From Sporomusa sp. (lineage in GTDB: Bacteria; Bacillota; Negativicutes; Sporomusales; Sporomusaceae): a stretch of 64,000 bases of DNA. The notes beneath the pieces are model-generated. The model did no database searches. It was not told where the DNA came from and saw only the letters and a program-made list of their open reading frames with translations. The translations under genes and the position numbers were made by a program. The stretch is from positions 2,873 through 66,872 of the forward strand of contig NZ_DATMYD010000010.1 in NCBI RefSeq assembly GCF_035561155.1, written 5' to 3'. This document shows, piece after piece, positions 60,146 through 64,000 of this stretch (its first letter is position 1; every line of letters begins with the position of its first letter).

Positions 60146-60595
60146 TTACCAGTAAAAATTAGGGGCTTCGCCTTGGTCATCGCGATATGGCTCATCAGAT
60201 CTTCCCTCACTGTTTATCAAACGCTCGGCCAACGGCAAATTATCCACTTTTAATACCACGCGAGCAGTTTCTGCCGAGGTAGCAGCAAACGCATATACAT
60301 ATTCAACATTGACACCGGCTGCACTCAGTTTGTCGACCTGCTCAAACAGGCTGCCAGGTTGGTCGGTTACCAAAATTGTCAATACTGGCGTAACTTTAAC
60401 GGTGAAGCCTGCTCCCCGTAATATATGCTGCACCTTCTCCGGTTCATTGACAATAATCCTGAGTATACCAAAATCTGAAGTATCCGCAACAGCCATCGCC
60501 CGAATATTAATTTCGTGCGCTTTTAAAACGCCTAGTACTTCGGCCAGTTTACCCCCTTGGTTTTCAACAAATACCGATAATTGATGAATAATCAT
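60146..60595 (-). CDS. ACT domain protein (two ACT domains, COG4747-like)
   Basis: QLSVFVEN, INIRA, DFGILRII, DQPG, NVEYVYAF; GGAGG RBS. Confidence 0.9.
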   Translation of the reverse strand: MIIHQLSVFVENQGGKLAEVLGVLKAHEINIRAMAVADTSDFGILRIIVNEPEKVQHILRGAGFTVKVTPVLTILVTDQPGSLFEQVDKLSAAGVNVEYVYAFAATSAETARVVLKVDNLPLAERLINSEGRSDEPYRDDQGEAPNFYW

Positions 60596-60622
60596 GCTGT
60601 ACCTCCTATATCTTCCTATTAT

Positions 60623-60825
60623 CCGATAGCTAACCACCGCTAAGCTCCTGGATAACTCCAACTAATGATTAGCTATCACTACCGTTCTGCTAATCAAAGT
60701 TTCCGGTTACCCGATAGCTAACCGCCTCTAAGCCCTCGCTCTGGCGAGGACAAGGGGCGCTAAGCTCCTGGATAACTCCAACTAACGATTAGCTATCACT
60801 ACCGTTCTGCTAATCAAAGTTTCCG
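60623..60825. repeat. Tandem duplication of the paaK 3' end and downstream region (68 bp, 120-bp period)
   Basis: 60638-60705 matches 60758-60825 with 1 mismatch; ccgatagctaacc at 60623 and 60711. Confidence 0.9.
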
Positions 60826-62118
60826 TTTATCGATAACCCGCTTAGCTTTGCCTTCGCTCCGCTCAATGGTTTTAGGACCAACAAGGCGAACTGCCGCAGC
60901 AACATTAAGCACACTGGCCAATTCGGCTTTTATCCTGCCTTCCAGTTCTTCTAAGCCACGAACTTCATCAGAGAACATCTCCTCGGTAACTTCGACAAGC
61001 ACAGTAAGGTGATCAAGATTATCCTTACGATCAACAATGAGTTGATAATGGGGTGAAGTTTCGCCAATGCCCAAGAGTACACTTTCAACCTGTGACGGAA
61101 ATACGTTAACACCTCGAATGATCAACATATCGTCACTACGCCCAAGCACTTTGCTCATCCTGACCAGGGTCCGTCCGCAAGCGCACTTTTCACGGTATAA
61201 GACAGTAAGGTCCCGTGTCCGGTAGCGAACCATTGGCATACCCTCTTTGGTGAGCGTAGTAAGCACTAATTCACCTTTTTCGCCATCAGGCAACACTTCA
61301 CCTGTCACCGGATTAATAATCTCCGGGTAAAAATGATCTTCACTAATATGCAGGCCATCTTGAACACAACATTCAATAGCAACGCCAGGACCAATGATTT
61401 CACTTAACCCATAGATATCAATCGCTTTAATGCCCAGTTGCGCCTCGATCTCCTGACGCATGCGCTCAGACCAAGGTTCAGCTCCAAATATCCCCACTTT
61501 TAGCGAAGTCTCACGGGGGTCGATGCCCATCTCGCGCATAGTCTCCGCAATATATAAAGCATATGATGGCGTACATGCAAGCGCTGTAGTGCCGAAATCT
61601 TTCATCAACATAATTTGCCTGGCCGTATTGCCGCTGGATATCGGAATTACGGAAGCACCAAGAAGTTCAGCTCCGTAATGGATGCCCAGACCACCGGTAA
61701 ACAAACCATAACCGTAAGCCACCTGAATGCACGACTGCCTGCTAAGACCTGCCGATACTAGCGATCTGGCGGCTACTTCTGACCAAATACCAATATCACG
61801 CTTAGTGTAGCCGACAACAGTGGGCCTGCCAGTGGTTCCACTGGAGGCATGAATCCGGACGATCTCAGACATCGGAACCGCAAACAGTCCATAAGGGTAG
61901 TTATCGCGCATATCTTGCTTTGTTGTAAACGGCAACTTGCCAATATCTTCCAAAGTAACAACGTCTTCTGGCAGCAGGCCTTCGGCCTGCATCTTGGAGC
62001 GATAAAATGGCTGCTGCCGGTATAACCTGGTGACAATCTCCTTTAACCGCCCAGCCTGGAGATTGGTCATCTCCTCTCGTTCCATTGTTTCCGCAGGTTT
62101 GTTCCAGTATGTACTCAT
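60814..62118 (-). CDS. paaK: Phenylacetate-CoA ligase family protein
   Basis: [53 protein letters not shown]. Confidence 0.93.
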   Translation of the reverse strand: MSTYWNKPAETMEREEMTNLQAGRLKEIVTRLYRQQPFYRSKMQAEGLLPEDVVTLEDIGKLPFTTKQDMRDNYPYGLFAVPMSEIVRIHASSGTTGRPTVVGYTKRDIGIWSEVAARSLVSAGLSRQSCIQVAYGYGLFTGGLGIHYGAELLGASVIPISSGNTARQIMLMKDFGTTALACTPSYALYIAETMREMGIDPRETSLKVGIFGAEPWSERMRQEIEAQLGIKAIDIYGLSEIIGPGVAIECCVQDGLHISEDHFYPEIINPVTGEVLPDGEKGELVLTTLTKEGMPMVRYRTRDLTVLYREKCACGRTLVRMSKVLGRSDDMLIIRGVNVFPSQVESVLLGIGETSPHYQLIVDRKDNLDHLTVLVEVTEEMFSDEVRGLEELEGRIKAELASVLNVAAAVRLVGPKTIERSEGKAKRVIDKRKL

Positions 62119-62170
62119 AGTTTACTCCCTCCCAGATAATAAGAAAAACCCACACAAAAAGTCCTTGTCA

Positions 62171-62270
62171 GGAACTTTCCGCTAGGGTTTTTTTTACCCA
62201 CGGTGTGACCTATCCAGGCCTTGTGCCGCTTGGACCAGACGCTGACTGCCGGAACCCTAGGCACACTTCC
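62171..62270 (-). ncRNA. ykkC subtype 2a (ppGpp-type) riboswitch upstream of paaK
   Basis: GGAAGTGTGCCTAGGGTTCCG...TGGTCCAAGCG...ACACCGTGGGTAAAAAAAACCCTAGCGGAAAGTTCC; overlapping terminator at 62156-62178. Confidence 0.85.
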
Positions 62271-62321
62271 ACTCAATAAGGTATTCATTGTTGGCTATTT
62301 TGTATACTGTATTTCGTGGAT

Positions 62322-62350
62322 ATAATACCAGCTAAAAAAGACAAAGTCAA
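62322..62350 (-). promoter_or_regulatory. SigA promoter of the paaK leader
   Basis: TTGACT-17 nt-TATTAT with upstream TG. Confidence 0.75.
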
Positions 62351-62430
62351 GAAATATTTAGTCTTGTCTTTATTACTATGCATTTTATGGTATCATAAGA
62401 CTATGGACTAATGCTAACGAGGTGAACCTG

Positions 62431-62811
62431 ATGAAGAAAACTGTCGCACTCATTGCCCATGATCGCAAAAAAGAAGAAATGCTTACATTTGTATTAGAAA
62501 ACAAAGAGCAACTTTCCTGCTGTCACTTAATTGCTACCGCTACTACCGGAAAAATCATCAAAGAAAAAGCCGGCCTTGACGTCACCACTTACCTCTCCGG
62601 CCCTTTGGGCGGTGACCAACAAATCGGCGCTCGAATCGCCTGCCAGGAGGTTAACGCCGTAATCTTTCTGCGTGATCCCTTGACGGCGCAGCCGCATGAG
62701 CCGGATATTACCGCACTTCTGCGCATATGTGATGTTCACAATATTCCGGTTGCCACCAATGCTGCTACAGCTAAGCTAGTGTTACGCTGTTTTACTAACG
62801 ACAAGGACTAA
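62431..62811 (+). CDS. mgsA: Methylglyoxal synthase
   Basis: [35 protein letters not shown]. Confidence 0.96.
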   Translation: MKKTVALIAHDRKKEEMLTFVLENKEQLSCCHLIATATTGKIIKEKAGLDVTTYLSGPLGGDQQIGARIACQEVNAVIFLRDPLTAQPHEPDITALLRICDVHNIPVATNAATAKLVLRCFTNDKD

Positions 62812-62971
62812 AATCAAACCCACTGATAAGACCTCATCTGTGCAGCCGTTTGCGGCTAATCGGACTGAGGTCTATTTAATCTGCCAAATATATGTTGTTT
62901 ACATAATAATTTTACTATGTTATTATGGTTATATTGTCTATAAAAAATAATTGAATGATAAGGAGGGCGTA

Positions 62972-63632
62972 ATGAAACGCTATACCCATCATATAACACT
63001 TATTCTTCTCTTCACGTTTTTTACTACCCTGTTTATGCCGGCAGCACCTGCAAAAGCATTCTCACTTACGGACGCCGTTAGTCCTTCTACCCAGAGCAGT
63101 GGCGGATCTGGTGGGTTACTCAACATCCTGCTAGCGCTTTTACTGGGCAAAGTTCTTGGCAATTCAGACAGCAGCAGTAGCGCTAACAATATATCTTCTG
63201 TCTTGGGGGCTGCAATAGGCTCTAAAACTACTGATACTACCACACCTACTACTACCAACACTAAAGGCGCAACTTATCGTTAAGAGTGCCCAAAAATATA
63301 TGGGAGTTCCCTATGTCTGGGGCGGTACAGCTCCTGATGGTTGGGACTGCTCCGGATACACACAATATGTGATGAAGGAAAACGGTATTACTATTCCACG
63401 GACAGCAGTTGAACAGTACAATACAGGTACTGCGGTAAACAAGACCGACTTAAAAGCGGGCGATCTGGTGTTCTTTACAACGTACAAGCCCGGTGCTTCT
63501 CATGTAGGCTTCTACATGGGTGACGGCAAATTCATTCATGCCAGCTCGGCTGCCAAAGAAGTAACAATTAACTCTTTATCTGAGGATTATTACACACAAC
63601 ACTATATCGGAGCTCGGAGATATATTCAATAA
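62972..63632 (+). pseudogene. Secreted NlpC/P60 (C40) peptidase split by a frameshift near 63270
   Basis: Signal peptide and S/T linker in ORF1; the alternate frame reads LIVKSAQKYMGVPYVWGG...DCSG...HVG...FIHAS. Confidence 0.8.
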
Positions 63633-63769
63633 CTTTACGAACACTTTAAGCCATCCATCAATTTGGATGGCCTTTTTCTTTTATGTTGCAATACCCTGTT
63701 AGACCTGTTGGGGCATGTTGATAGCAAAAAAATCTCTTACTATGTCTTATTTTTGGTGGATTCCCATGA

Positions 63770-64000
63770 CTAACTGTCAAACCGGATGTCAAATCTAGTT
63801 ATATTATCTGTCGATTCTACCTTAAGCTTAGCATTATGACGAGCTGCGATACTATAACATATAGCTAACCCCATGCCCGTACCTGTATCCTTTGTTGTAA
63901 AAAACGGAGTACCTAGCTGATCTAGCACTTCCGGTGGGATTTTCTTCCCGTCGTTTTCTACCGTAAGGATTACTTCGTTATTTTCTTCTGAAGTTCTAAT
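63770..64000 (-). CDS. Sensor histidine kinase, C-terminal HATPase_c fragment (runs off the window)
   Basis: VENDGKKIP...GTPFFTTKDTGTGMGLAICYSIAARH; stop at 63770-63772. Confidence 0.88.
   Translation of the reverse strand: MRTSEENNEVILTVENDGKKIPPEVLDQLGTPFFTTKDTGTGMGLAICYSIAARHNAKLKVESTDNITRFDIRFDS

Noticed and set aside
60623-60825. Possible mini-CRISPR or att site
   Set aside because: Only two 68-bp copies, too long for CRISPR repeats; no cas gene or integrase nearby
62171-62270. Guanidine-I or PRPP assignment for the two ykkC RNAs
   Set aside because: P0 pairing and 3' AAG rather than AGG, plus non-purine, non-guanidine gene context, favour subtype 2a; the ligand remains untested

Overview
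This is a chromosomal window from a spore-forming Negativicute/Firmicute, probably Sporomusa-like. That assignment is an inference from gene content and Firmicute-type T-box, ykkC and SigH signals. Housekeeping content: serC plus a PspA-type phosphoserine phosphatase, cca, the ilvN-ilvC-leuACDB-ilvB operon, mgsA, and hexuronate catabolism (uxaBA, TRAP transporter, two-component system, kdgK). Accessory content: a stand-alone glycyl-radical diol dehydratase and activase with a divergent PocR two-component system, and an uncharacterised LacI-controlled catabolic operon (OYE, Zn-ADH, Liv-type ABC, SdhA/NadB-like flavoprotein). There is also a Cys-Phe-Pro-Arg x10 repeat peptide beside a CAAX protease and an MFS transporter. 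Non-coding signals are rich. Two ykkC-2a (ppGpp-type) riboswitches occur, one in tandem with a Val-like T-box and one before paaK-ACT. Others are a partially duplicated Ser T-box, a 30-bp activator box at the same distance from two -10 elements, Pho-like boxes, stacked LacI operators and several REP-like repeat families. Also found: an unannotated 57-aa Zn-ribbon-like ORF, a frameshifted NlpC/P60 gene and a premature stop in kdgK. No rRNA, tRNA, CRISPR array or transposase was seen. All homology calls are from motif recognition, not database searches.
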